Source: the human T2T-CHM13v2.0 reference genome, Homo sapiens
Reading direction: 5' to 3' (one strand)
Length of the DNA: 64,000 nt
NCBI RefSeq assembly: GCF_009914755.1
Contig: NC_060930.1
Part shown: one piece after another, positions 13,363 through 29,011 of the stretch
Position numbering within the stretch: the first letter of the stretch is position 1
Layout of the letters: each line of letters starts with the position of its first letter
Notes under the pieces: generated by a model
Told to the model about the DNA's origin: nothing
Seen by the model: the letters and a program-made list of their open reading frames with translations, nothing else
Databases searched by the model: none
Position numbers and translations under genes: made by a program

Positions 13363-14983
13363 TTTTTTTTAACTTTTATTTCTGGTTCAGGGGTACACAT
13401 GTGAGTTACTTAACGCATTTATATAGGTAAATTGTGAGTCACGGGGTTTGGTGTATAGATTATTTCATAACCCAGATAATAAGCATAGTACCCAGTAGGT
13501 AATTTTTTAATTTTCATCCTCCTTCCTCCGTCCACTCTAAAGTAGGCCCTAGTGTCTGTTGTTCCATTTGTGTCCATATGTACTCAATGTTTAGCTCCCC
13601 TTATAAGTGAGAACATATGGTATTGGGTTTTCTAGGATAATGGCCTCCAGCTCCACCCATGTTGCTGGAAAAGAGATGATCTCATTCTTTTTACGGCTGC
13701 ATAGTATTCCATGTTGTATATCTACCACATTTTCTTCATCCAGTCTACCACTGATGAGCATTTAGGTTGATTCCATGTCTTTGCTATTGTGAAAAGTGCT
13801 GCAGTGAACATACACGTGCATGTGTCTTTATGGTAGAATGATTTGTATTTCTTTTGGTATACACTCAATAGTAGGATTGATGAGTTGAATGGCACTTCTG
13901 CTTTGAGTTCTTTGAGAAATTGCCACACTGCTTTCCACAATGGCTCGACTACTTTACATTCCCACCATCACTGTATAATCATTCCCTTTTCTCCACAACC
14001 TCACTAGCATCTCTTATTTTTTGAGATTTTAATAATAGCCATTCTCATTGGTGTGAGATGGTATCTCATTATGGTTTTGATTTGCATTTCTCTAATGATT
14101 AGTGATGTTGAGCATTTTGTCATATGCTTTCTGGCCACATGTATGCCCTCCTTTGAAAGTGTCCATTCATGTACTTTGTGTACGTTTAAATGGGATTGTT
14201 TGTTTTTCACTTGTTGATTTTTTTAAGTTCACCAGATGCACTGTGCTGGGGTTCTGTGATAGTCCCTAATTGCTGTGCACCCTCCCAAGCCTGAGAGCAG
14301 CAGGAGGGAGGGTTGCGAGACAGCAAAAAGGTGGACTGCCTCTCTCTCTGGGAGCTTCATGCCGGAGAAGTGTAGAGCTGCTCCCAGCTGGAGAACTCAG
14401 GAGGACTAGGGTGGCCTCACTAGCATCCCAGGCTAGTGGGCCTTATCCTACAAGGTTCAGTGGTGGTGAGGTCTGCAGTCTATCACTGCTCAGCCCCATG
14501 GACTTGGCCCCTTTTCTGGGGAGCATGCAAGAAAACTTGGCCTTCCCAATTGCTGGAGCTGCAGCCCCTGGTTTTGGGGTACCCAGGGAACAAATGCTAC
14601 TGGGACTCCACACCTACCTAAGAAGCAGCTCTACCCAGACTCCACATGGCTCTCTGTTTTGGTCTGGAGACCCCAGTTGGGGTATCTCCTGAGCCCAGGG
14701 ATTCAAAGGTTCGTGGCAGAAATATGCATCCCACGGGACTCTCACTCACTCACCATTTTCTTGTAGGGGGATTCCCCTGGGTCTGTGCCACTCCTGGGTG
14801 AATGGTTGATCTGTCTCACTCTTCTCCGTGATCCGAAGGTCACACTATGTCACTGATGAATCCTATGTGTCCATCTGGATGTTCCGGTTGAAGAGCTAGT
14901 GTCTACTCACCTCACCACTCTTTCTGCTATTTGTGAGAGTGGCACACACTAGCTGCTTCTAGTCAACCATCTTGGCCCCACCT
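13363..14983 (-). mobile_element. Internally deleted older L1PA (PA13-16-like): 5' UTR joined directly to ORF2 end and 3' UTR
   Basis: Minus strand starts GGGGCCAAGATGGTTGACTAGAAGCAGCTAG (L1 5' end). It jumps at ~14230 to GAACTTAAAAAAATCAACAAG (late ORF2). TSD CACT(T/C)ACTTTTCTC at 13349-13362 and 14984-14997. Confidence 0.85.
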
Positions 14984-16798
14984 CACTCACTTTTCTCAAG
15001 TAATCAAAGACCTAATAAAAGAGAGCATAAAGCATAAGAAATTACCTTGATAAACAAAAAATCTTGGTTTATTAGGCCAGTTATCTAAAAGGTAGAGAAA
15101 ACATTTCACTATTTTCTATTAAGAGCAGGTCAATACTCAAAGAAAACCTTGTTGTTTTAGCACAGGGGACAAATTTCAAGTTTTCCATTCCTGTACTTTT
15201 GATAATAATGCTCAAGTTTTCAGAACTATTTATAAATAATTTCCTTTTAACTTTAGACAACTTGGTCACACATGAAATTCTTTCCACAAGATTAATCTTC
15301 CACAAACTTTCTATAAATTTGTCATCCAGTTATCTTATTCAGTTTTTGTCTATATTTTTTCTCTTTTTCCTTTTGGAACAATAAGACATTCTACTTTTAG
15401 ACAAAAAATACTCTCTTTTTCCCTTAACAAAAACACAACCTCTTACTTATAACTTTCTTTATGTGTTTTCCTTCCCTCACATACAGATTTGTTTCCCTTC
15501 ATTATTTCTAGTTTAAATTACTCTAATATTAATTAACTCTTAGTAACCTTAATTTCTAGTGAAAATTAGTAAGCATTTTGAAGTGCATCATGTTAGTATT
15601 CTGCAGATGAACACCATCTCATAAAATAATTTTTATGCCTTTAATTACCAGACCCAAATATGTTTAGCTTTTCCATAACATGTGAAACCAAGATGCCAAA
15701 TTACATATATTTTAAACTTCTGTTAAGCAATTGATATTTCAGTATTTTCCTTAGAAATGACTCAAATATTAAATCAGTAAAGTGTTACTTAATTTAATAT
15801 AACATGATTTTAAGATTTCAAGTCACACTAAATTATTTTTGAAATTCTGACTTTATTATAAACCTTTTGTCAATTTATATTCACCTAATTCACTTGTTCT
15901 TAACAATTGTGCTTCAGTTCCTCCTTAAACACAACTATGAGTGGATTTATAGCTTTAAGACATTCATTATACATCTCAGTAATAGCAAGCTTGTTTCACT
16001 AGTAACTTTAGGTATAAAAACTGTATCTGTACATTGTAATTAATGCTGACAATTCTGAAAATATTTGTTTTTATTTTGCCAACAAATTTTAAAACTAGCT
16101 TTATCTGCCAAAGATTATTTCATCACATAAGCCAAAAGGCAATTGAGTTTCTGTTTTTCTGAGAGAATTCTCACTTTAAACACCTATGTTTTCTCTGTAA
16201 GCCAATTAAGTAGAGCGGTTTATGAATTTTGGTAGAAAAAAATTATACATACACACACACACACACGTAGAAAAATACAGACAGAGGAAGAACTTACAAC
16301 TTGCATTAAGAATTGTTATTTGCCTGGCTTGCAAATAGTTTTACTCCCTCTTTCAGACTATCTGTCTTTTAATGATCTGTTCAATTGGCCCATAAACAAG
16401 TGTTAGTTAGGCCACCCAAAATTTGTACTTCCAAAGAGATGATTTTTAGGTGAAGGAATGTAGAAAATTTAAATCTCAAAGGTACAGAACTTAAACAACA
16501 CTATTTGTTGAGATGAAAAAAAGCATATATAGGAAGCATTCAAAATGAAATGGTCAAGGGTGAGTTTACACAGATAGATAGATTTAGGTCTCTCCTTTTG
16601 CTTTGTGAAAGCATCTAGTGTTTTAGGTGTCAGAGAGGGAGATATCCTTACAAAGCAGAGATTATCATTACAGGTTTACATTTCTTACAAAGAGTTTCAA
16701 AATAAACAGGTAAATGCCAAAAACATATATTTTGGAGACTGATTTACTTCACTAGTTGGTCTTTTCAACTTAACTTGTTTCCTAATGAGATTAAATTC

Positions 16799-16839
<41 letters not shown>

Positions 16840-16920
16840 GAGACGGAGTCTCGCTCTGTCGCCCAGGCTGGAGTGCAGTGGCGGGATCTCGGCTCACTGC
16901 AAGCTCCGCCTCCCGGGTTC
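16799..16920 (-). mobile_element. Severely 5'-truncated young Alu (AluYa5-type) with ~41-nt tail
   Basis: 81-bp Alu 3' end with all CpGs intact. Plus strand GGCGGGATCTCGG equals minus-strand GAGATCCCGCC, the Ya5 diagnostic. GCAAGCTCC is the AluY diagnostic. Confidence 0.85.
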
Positions 16921-17159
16921 ATGCATAAATAACCAAACCAAAAATTAAACCAAAAGAATACTCACCAGAAAGGATGTCCTTTACAAGAGCAGATCCCCCA
17001 AAATGTAAGAGTTCACTGAAAAGGTGGGAGCTCAAACCAAGAGAGGACTTATCTCGCAGCATAAAGACACCTTGTACAAGTGAAGATCACAATGGGCTCA
17101 GGTGAGTATCATACACAATTTCAAGTATCGCCAGTCCAAAGAAGGCTTGGAGCCTTTGC

Positions 17160-17177
17160 ATCTTGCTTCTGACATTA
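17160..17177 (-). other. Degenerate primer-binding site (tRNA-Leu-like)
   Basis: Minus strand TAATGTCAGAAGCAAGAT versus TGGTGTCAGAAGTGGGAT (13/18), just inside the LTR end at 17183. Confidence 0.6.
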
Positions 17178-17182
17178 GATTA

Positions 17183-17973
17183 TGTCAACTTAAACAACAG
17201 AGATACTGACCCTCTAAAATAAAGAGTGTATTCAGGAAATAGCAATAAATTGCAATTGGAAATACACATGCTATGGTGGACCTTAGGCACCAAAGAAGCT
17301 GAGGGACTGTATTAGTTTGTTCTAGCACAAAGAACTACCTGAGACTTGGTAATTTATAAAGAAAAGAGGTTTAATTGACTCATGATTTCATAGGCTCTAC
17401 AGGAAACATGATTGGAGGAGGCCCCAGGAAACTTACAATGATGGCAGAAGGCAAAAAGGAAGGAGGCATGTCTTACATGGCCGGAGCAGGGGGAAGAGGG
17501 CAAAGGGGAGATACCACACACTTTTCAACAACCAGGTCTCATGAGAACTCACTATCACAAGAACAGCAAGGAGGAAATCCACCCCCATGATCCAATCGCC
17601 TCTCACCAAGCCCCTCCTCCAACATTGGGGATTACAATTCGACATGAGATTTGGGTGGGGACACAAATCTAAACCACATCAGGAAGGCAAAAATCTTAAA
17701 AGAGAAATTTTATGTAAGTTTTGTAATAAACCTCATGGGCCAGAGAAGCTTATTGCAAGAGTTGGCAAATACTCATTGATAATATTGGCTGTTGCTGGAG
17801 AGATGTCTTCACAGAATTATCATATCTAACATTTTTGTGGTTTTTGAGAGAACCATTGCAGCAGTTCTTATTATAGACATATGCACATGAAGGCCCCTCT
17901 TTCATGGCCTCCCAGCTTCATTTTTTTATGGTTTGATGTAAGTGACTCCATTTTGGTGCTCACAACTTCCACA
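17183..17973 (-). mobile_element. 5' LTR (MER65-like), interrupted by an MST LTR
   Basis: Minus strand TGTGGAAGTTGTGAGCACCAAAATGGAGTCACTTAC...GTTGACA; homologous to 4793-6874. Confidence 0.8.
17308..17681 (-). mobile_element. MSTA-like MaLR solo LTR
   Basis: tgtattagtttgttct...ggtaatttataaagaaaagaggtttaattgactca...ggggacacaaatctaaaccacatca. Confidence 0.9.
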
Positions 17974-18033
17974 TTTCTCCCTTTTGGTTGAAATATTTTT
18001 CTGAAAGCATTTCACACTTAAAAGATATAGATT

Positions 18034-18347
<314 letters not shown>

Positions 18348-19641
18348 ATGAAATAATTGTAAAAACCAACTATAGTTCTCAGTAATGATAGTTTCATTAC
18401 TGTCAGCTATTAGTAGAGTTAATTAACTCCTATCAACCTCACATTTTCCATTTAAAAAATACAGGAGAAAAAGTTTGATGTGGGTTTAATGAGAAAATTT
18501 ATATAAAATAGATCTAACTACTATATTTATCACAAAACAGATGCACAAACTATGTTTTTTTCTCTCACTTGTTCTTATTTTATATATCATTTTAATTGAG
18601 GAAATCATTGAGCATAATGTAACAAATATTTTCATAAGTTATTATAAAGAGGGTTTGAAGGACTTGTTAGAAAGTGTCTGGCAGTGGAAAAAACATCTGA
18701 ATAGAAAATGAAAATAGCATGTGAATGCTGAAATAGCATAATAAATAGCTGCAACTCTAATATAATTTATATTTGGATTTTAGTATAGACAGAATAATTA
18801 AATTTATTTCTACAGTCTTTTCAGTTGTTAAACATTTTATTGAACTCTTCATGTGCCTTTCAGATGTACTGTGCTTCAAGTGTGCTTTTTCTGTTTAGAA
18901 ATGCTTGAGTGTCTCCATTGTCAAAACGATCAGAAGGCAGTAATTGTATTTCCAATGTGAGGACAAACAATACTAGATATCCTGCAATCCTACATTGTAA
19001 AAAATATTCCCATCAAATGCCCCAATGGATAGACACGTAAGTGATCATCTGTAATTATTTAGTCAAGAAATGAATATTTTACATGTAAATACTTTGAATG
19101 GCTTAATACAAACTAAATTTTTCAGAATGCAACCACTATGGAAATTGAAGAGAAAAAGTCTTTTTATTGTAGAAACTTCCAAGAGTCTTTCAATATTTAC
19201 AAAAATTATGTTGCTAATGGCAATACCTTAGTTATTTGAATCACCAGTAGAACACACTATAAAAACATGCAGTGTCACATCTGTACCCTGTCACATCCAG
19301 GATAATGATAATATTGAGATCTATAACTATTTAGCCATTATTTTAAAACATCAGGTAACAAGCATCAATCAATTTCTGTCAAATGTTTCAACTTGGGTAT
19401 TATAGCATAAGCAGAAATATACTGTTACCAATATCCCAGCCAATTTCTTTTCCTAATGAAAGAATAAAACTGAGAATGTAGAGACCATTTAGTAAAGTTG
19501 ATATATATATGTGTGCATATGTGTGTGTGTGTGTGTGTATACATATATATATACACATAAATGTAATTAATACAATAGATGAAGTCAAAGAAGCAAGTGA
19601 TACACAACTTTTAATTTGGATGGGATGTCCTTGAAGATTCC

Positions 19642-20019
19642 TGTATTAGTCCTTTCTCACATTCCTATATGAAAATACCTGAGACTGAGTAATTTATAAA
19701 AGAAAGAGGTTTAATTGACTCACAGTTCCCTATGACTGGGGAGGCCTCAGGAAACTTACAATCGTAGTGGAAGGTGAAAGGGAGGCAGGCACTTTCTTCA
19801 CAAAATGGCAGGAAAAAGAAGGATGGAAGGAGGAACTTGCCAAACAGTTGTAAATCCATTAGATCTCGAGAGAACTCACTCACTATCATGAGAACAGCTT
19901 GGGAGAAACCACCTCCATGATTCAATTACCTCCACCTGGTCTCTCCCTTGACATGTGGGGATTATGGGATTTACAATTCACCATGAGATTTTGAGTGGGG
20001 ACACAGCCAAACCATATCA
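19642..20019 (-). mobile_element. THE1 (THE1C/D-like) solo LTR
   Basis: tgtattagtcc...ggggacacagccaaaccatatca; near-TSD attcc/actcc. Confidence 0.9.
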
Positions 20020-20051
20020 ACTCCTAAATCTTAATACACTTTATTACTAGC

Positions 20052-20442
20052 TGATATGATTTGGATCTGTGTCCCTTACCAAATCTCATGCTGAATTGTA
20101 ATCCCCAATGTTGGAGGTGGGGTCTTGTGGGAGGTGACTGGATCATGGGGGCAGATTTCCCCCTTTGATGCTGTATCATGATAGCATCCTCATGAGATAT
20201 GGTTGGTGAAAGTGTGTGGCACCTTTTCTCTTCCTCTCAGTCCTGCTTCTGCCTTGCAAGATTCGTGCTTCCACTTTGCCTTCTGCCATGAGTAAAATCT
20301 CCCTTTAGCCTCCCCAGAAGCAGATGCTGCTATGCTTCCTGTTCAGCCTGCAGAACTGTGAGCCAATTAAACTACTTTGCTTTATAAATTACCCCATCTC
20401 AAGTGTTTCTTTATAGCAGCAGTGTAAGAACAAGCTAATACA
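20052..20442 (+). mobile_element. MSTA/B solo LTR
   Basis: TGATATGATTTGGATCTGTGTCCC...CTAATACA with perfect 5-bp TSD CTAGC. Confidence 0.92.
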
Positions 20443-20512
20443 CTAGCCTTCTTGAATACATCTTAGCAAGCTCTCGAGCAGCATAACCACATACATTAGA
20501 GAAGGCCAAAAC

Positions 20513-20904
20513 TGACAGATTCCCATCTTGATCAAAGTTTAATCATTCTTCTCTAGTCCCTCTTCTCAGGCCCAGTTTTAGCAAAGACTCCTGCTAAGCC
20601 AGTTCACTGAGAATCACTTTGCCCTTGATATCTTATCACTTTGGCATGCCTTTAGCAATAATGCAGTTTAGCAAGAACCCCGCTCCCCGCCACCCCACCC
20701 CCCGCCACCCTTAATATCTAATTAGTTTCTATCCACTGACTCACTCACTCAGCTCTTTGCTTATAAATTTCCAGCTCCATGCTGGGAGAAATTTTAGTTC
20801 AATCTCTCTCTACTATAGCTATATTATTCCCCCATTGCTATAGTCCTGAATAGTCTTCCTTGCTATTTTTAACAAGCATCCAGTGTACACATTTCCTTTT
20901 GACA
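20513..20904 (+). mobile_element. MER31-like ERV1 solo LTR
   Basis: TGACA...cttgatcaaagtttaatca...cagttttagcaaaga...GACA with 4-bp TSD AAAC. Confidence 0.75.
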
Positions 20905-21874
20905 AAACATAGTGTCCATATGTAGAGGGAAGAGGAAAGCTAACAAAATATAAAGTCATCCAAACCACACACACCTTGGACAAGCTTATCATGTGTGGGA
21001 ATAAAATGCTGGAGGTGGGCTTGGCTTCCAAAAAAAACAAGTGTGTAATTTGAAATTTCATATCAAGAACAGTTAAATTCCCAGATTCTTTATCATTACT
21101 GAATACCTTAGTAATTATTCTTCATTTTACACAACAGGAAATAGGAGATTTATTTTCTGGAGAGACTTGTCCAATTAAGGTGGGGATATGGTTGCTCTGT
21201 TGAGCAGAAATTTGGCTTGTATAGACCCAAAGCTCAGAAAAAGAGTTATAGATCTAAAATGACAATCATTGAGACAATAAAGTTCATGGAAACCACGATG
21301 GGAAGGATCTACGTGGAAATAAAAAGTTGGATTTTCAGTAGAGAAATTGGTAACAATGTAAATTTCCTCTTAAAGTCAGGTGAGAACTAATTCTGAAGTC
21401 AGAGGAGGAAAGTAGCCTACAACAAAGAGTAAGATCATCTTGACAGGATCAGGGAGAAAGATAATAGTTGCAAATGGAGACAGGTATATTGATTTAGTGC
21501 CAGGTAGTTGAAAGACTATGAGTATAAAGACTTATATTGTCTCTGTGTTGCAGTAGCAAAGTCATCTGCAGAGAGAGAGAAGTGAGAAGGGAGAAGAGAG
21601 TGTCAGAAATTAGAGGATTGTAGAGATTGAAAAAGTTATGTCAGGCACAATTGAAAACCCGGTTTCCAATGGTGATCATTGTCTTAAAATATTATCAGTT
21701 TGTTTTCTTGCATGACATTCTTCAGCAGCAGTCATGGACTGAGAAATATGCAGAAATCAGATAGTTGAGTTCATCTAGAGAAGAGGTTGCAATGTGCTTC
21801 TAAAAAGGACAAAACCAAAAGCAACCGAGAGAGAGAGAGAGAGAGAGAGAGAAATGAAGATGTGAAAGGGGATA

Positions 21875-22090
21875 GGTCAAAAATCAGTAATTTTTTTTAA
21901 GCAAAGGGCCAGATAGTAAATATTTTTATTTTGTGAGCCATGTGGTCTCTGTAGGAAGTACTCAGTTCTCCCATGTTGTGCAAAAGCAACCATGGACAAT
22001 AAGAAAATGTGGCTGCATTCCAATAAGAATTTATTTAAAAAATAGGTGATGGATTGTATTTAGCCCAAGGGAAGCAGTATGTCAATTCTG
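21875..22090 (+). mobile_element. MER58A-like hAT DNA transposon
   Basis: aaagggccagatagtaaatatttt...ggtctctgt...ggctgcattccaataa matches the MER58 core. Confidence 0.8.
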
Positions 22091-22140
22091 GTTTTATGTT
22101 ACTAGCAATTACATTTTAAAATATTCAGTAACGGAATCTA

Positions 22141-22300
22141 CAATATTGATTCCCAACTATTGCTGCATATTAGTATCACAATAGAATGCCAGGTCCCAGA
22201 GACACTGGGTCAGCCAATCTCAATTGGGGCCAAGGCACTCATATGTATCTTTGGAACCTCCTCAGGCAATTCTAACATAAAGCCAGTGTTGAGAAGAGCC
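22141..22300. mobile_element. MER5A-like hAT DNA transposon
   Basis: gctgcatattagtatcac...caggcaattctaacataaagccagtgttgagaa. Confidence 0.6.
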
Positions 22301-22518
22301 ATTGTTAGTTTGCTTGTGGGAGTAACTGACCGCAGGAGGATCATAATGCAATAGGCGAAGGCTGAGGCACCAGTGGATTGAAAGTCTTAGTGAGGCAGGA
22401 GAACAGCTGCAGTGGGAATTGTTGCCACACTGAACAGACAGGAGATTGATCAAAGAGTGGTGTGCTTATTTAGTCATTTAAGAGGAATATCATGTTTTGT
22501 CATTATACATTTCATGGG

Positions 22519-23036
22519 TTTGGTAAGCAGCCTCTAAAATTGCTCCATGTCACTTGTACCCCTGGTAGAGGTAACTCCTTGAGGAATCTTCTACTCTGTC
22601 ATCCTAGTTGAATTTATCTCACTTCACTATCAAATAGACTGTGGCAAAAGTGATGGATATCACTTCCAACATTAGGTTGCACAAAGACTGTGGCTTCTGT
22701 CTTGGGAATCCTCTCTCTCTTTCATTGTAAGGGAAGCTGACTTCTATGTTGGGCGCTGCCTATTAAGAAGTCCACATAGCACGGAGCCAGTGTCACCAGT
22801 CACAGCCAGCAAGGAAGGTCCTGGGGACTGCCCCCAGCCACATGATTAATCTTAGAAGTGAATCTTCCCTAAGTAAGGCTTTTAAATGATGGCAGCCTTA
22901 TGAGAGTCCTTGAGCTAGAGGGCCTTACTAATTCTGATATAGTTCTTGACCCAGAGAAGTTGGCATAATGAATGTTTGTTGTTTTAATCCACTAAGTTTT
23001 GGAGGTAATATGTTAAGCATCAACAGATAACTAATA
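22519..23036 (+). mobile_element. MLT1 (E/F-like) MaLR LTR
   Basis: tggtaagcagcctctaa start; end tgttgttttaatccactaagttttggaggtaatatgtta...agataactaata. Confidence 0.75.
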
Positions 23037-24601
23037 AAAGGAGTGATTCTGAGCAAGAAAGGCTTAAGTGGAGGGAAGCCAAGGTCGAATAGTTTATGAA
23101 TATCATCCTGTAAGAATACAGGGCTTGGAGCTTTGAAGGTGGGAGCAGAAAAAAATTTATGTAAGCTTGTCATTAACAGTGTGACTAAAAAAGTTCATTA
23201 TACTGAAGGATAAATGCTTACATGTGCCTCAGAGAATAGATGTTTTTATTCCTGGGAAGAAAGATAAACTTTTTCAAAAAACATAAAGATTAAGTAGGAT
23301 GAAGTTTCCAGCTTTGGATTCTGACATTCAGGACATGGGGAGGGTGATGAGCTTCTCCTGGAGGACTGAATTTAGGACACAATCAAGTTCATGATGGAAG
23401 CCCTTATGAGGTAGAGAGGGAGTGCATCTCAGCTCTTTCGATTAATTAAATGATTGTTTGAATTGGAGAAGGTGTGGGTATTTTGTGTTGTTTGGGTGAG
23501 TACATTGGAATGGTTTTCTAGCATTCCTTTGAGATTTTCCACAGTATAAGTTAAGGTAAAAGAACATTTTTACTTGTTTCAGAAAGCATACAGAGCAAGC
23601 TTTAATGTTACTATTAAGTAGGTAGGGAAATGACCAATATTATAAACGCAGATTTCCAGCCTCTCCTTTTAATGCTTTCAGAATGATTCCAGAAGAACCT
23701 TGAAAATGTTGAGTATTTATATTTATTTTATGCCCTTTTATTGTGATTTTTTTAATAAATAAGTTTTTTTGGTAAATACTGGAAGTTAATATTCTATAGT
23801 TTAGAAAAGCAATTTTGAACACTCAACTAGTGAGCCCATATAAAACTACATAACAGCACAGAATATAGTAAAATAATAATATAATGAACTGGGATACAAA
23901 CTAGGCACTTTGTGCCAAGTTTTTCAAGGAAGATACAATTTCAATACCAATGAAATAAACTCCCACAAATTGATTTTTCTTTGTGTGCACTCATCAGTGT
24001 AAATACAATTAAGTAATAAAGCCTGTACTTGTTCAGGAAAGATGTTTTCTATTCATAGTCTGATATCTGGGTGCTTTGGTTTCTGATAATTTGTTATGTA
24101 AAAACCTTGCAAATTAAAAAAAAAAATCAGCAGCTCCAAGTTCATGGGCCCTTATCACAGAGGATTTAAAACCTGTGCATTTTCTTTAAACTGAGAATAT
24201 TATTACATTTTTTAATCCAGTGATGAGACCATAATAATTTTCTGAAATAATTCAGAATAATTATATACCTAAAAGTTAATTTGCATGTGCTGTAATTTAA
24301 ATAAAAGGACAGTTAATTTTTGCATTACAAAACATGAAAAATAAAATCAAACGTTGCATCTTTACTTTTGTTATTACATAAATTCCTTTACATTGTAGTG
24401 CCCCCTAGCACCACGCAAGTTTATAAACTGCTTTCAATATTATTTGTTATTATAATAATAACTAATTTAAGAATGTATTATTAAAGTCAGTAATTTAATA
24501 ATAATAATTTCAATAATATATGTGTCACAAAAATACCTGAAATTACAATTAGTATATCTGGTTTACTGATGGGAATACTGTGGCTCAAAAATATCATCTC
24601 A

Positions 24602-24901
<300 letters not shown>

Positions 24902-26158
24902 TCATCTCACCCAAATCATGTAGCTACAAAGTTATGGTTTAGAATAATTCAACTATTTTACTGATATCAAAACTTTTACTATTAACCAATCAATTACACT
25001 CAGCTTTGTGTAACTGAATACCAAATAACATCATGTTCCAGTAATTTTCATTTGAGTGAGAAGGCGAGCGCGGGACAGCGGCAGGGACTCGCCACCCGCA
25101 GCCGTGGAGCCGGGCCGTGAGCGCCTGTGCGGCGCTGGGTCGCTGTCCAGCAGATGTCTGCGCGGGAGACCCAGATATGTATTACTTGCATGAAGATCTC
25201 TTTCTAGGGATTGATGTTTTCCATTAGTGAAACCTAGTACCATGAGTTATGGGACTCCCCTTGCTATCATTCCGTGCTCAATATACAATCTCTGACAGGC
25301 TTAGATGGCTAGCTTACAAGGAAGGAAATATATGAATAATAATAATAAAATGTTACTTAATAAGTATTATTCCAGGCATTTTATATAAATCACCTTATTT
25401 ATGCCTTACAGCACTCTCTTGAGATAGAAATTTCCAGGTGTTGCTCAATGAGACAGAGGTGATGCCTCTTGGAGAATGGCAGTGGCTGCATAGGCAGTTT
25501 CCTTAGTGATGTCACTTCTGGTTCTCTCTCATAAGCTCTGATATATGATTTTATCAACAAACTAAGTGAGGCTATCTCTTAAGAGTGCATTAACCAACCA
25601 CACAGATACCAAGTAGATTACAAATCCATAAATTTTCACTGTGAAATAAAATTGTCAAGGTGTTTGCAACACTAGAGTTGCAGGTCTATACATTCTTTGC
25701 TCACAGGGAAGCTGCACTAAAAGTCAAACTGTAATAAAAATGGCATTTTGTTAATTTATAGCAAAATATAAAACTGTCAAGCAGATCAAGAGTTCATTCT
25801 CTATGTTATCTACCAACAAAGTCAAATGCAAATAAAATGATGAGTATAAATTCATAGCAAGAAAACCCAAACAATAGAACAACAGTTCTTCAGGACAGTT
25901 AGCCTGATAAGAATGACGATTGGACACCCTTACCCAAGACACTCTCTTCTGTCAAACACTGATGACATAAACATAGCACTGAGGGGACAGGCATCCTGGG
26001 ATGTATATGCAGAGTGAAGAAAGGATAAAAATTTGAAAAAGAAAAAAACAAACACATGGATCATTCACTTGTGTAAATCATGTATAATAAATCACAGTTC
26101 TATTTCCTCTACATTGCTAGAAAAATTATAAATTTTTATCAAGATTAAGATGAAATGA

Positions 26159-26430
26159 GGCCGGGCGCAGTGGCTCACGCCTGTAATCCCAACACTTTGG
26201 AAGACCAAGGCCAGTGGATCACTTGAGGCCAGGAGTTTCAGGCCAGCCTGGCCAACATAGTGAAACCCCATCTCTACTAAAAATACAAAAATTAGCCGGG
26301 CGTGGGTGGCGCATGCCTGTAATCCCAGGTATTCGGGAGGCTGAGGCACGTGAATCACTTGAACTGGGAGGGGAAGGCTGTAGTAAGCCACGATCGCAAT
26401 CTTTTGTGACACTCTGTCTCAAAAAAGAAT
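26159..26430 (+). mobile_element. AluS with small 3' deletion
   Basis: GGCCGGGCGCAGTGGCTCACG start; the cactgcactccagcctggg segment is replaced near 26395-26410. Confidence 0.92.
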
Positions 26431-26469
26431 AATAATAAAAATTTAAAAATTGAGAGACCATAATTATCT

Positions 26470-29011
<2,542 letters not shown>

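Larger units (their letters stand above)
4793..17973 (-). mobile_element. MER65-like ERV1 (MER4-group) provirus, LTR-int-LTR, with nested insertions
   Basis: Two homologous LTRs (4793-6874 and 17183-17973). Their minus strand begins TGT(G/T)(G/A)AAGTT...AAAATGGAG like MER65. A tRNA-Leu-like PBS lies at 17160-17177, a PPT at 6875-6886, and an env TM remnant near 7000-7700. Confidence 0.8.

Noticed and set aside
14270-14692. 140-aa ORF
   Set aside because: Antisense reading of an L1 5' UTR; no start context or family motif.
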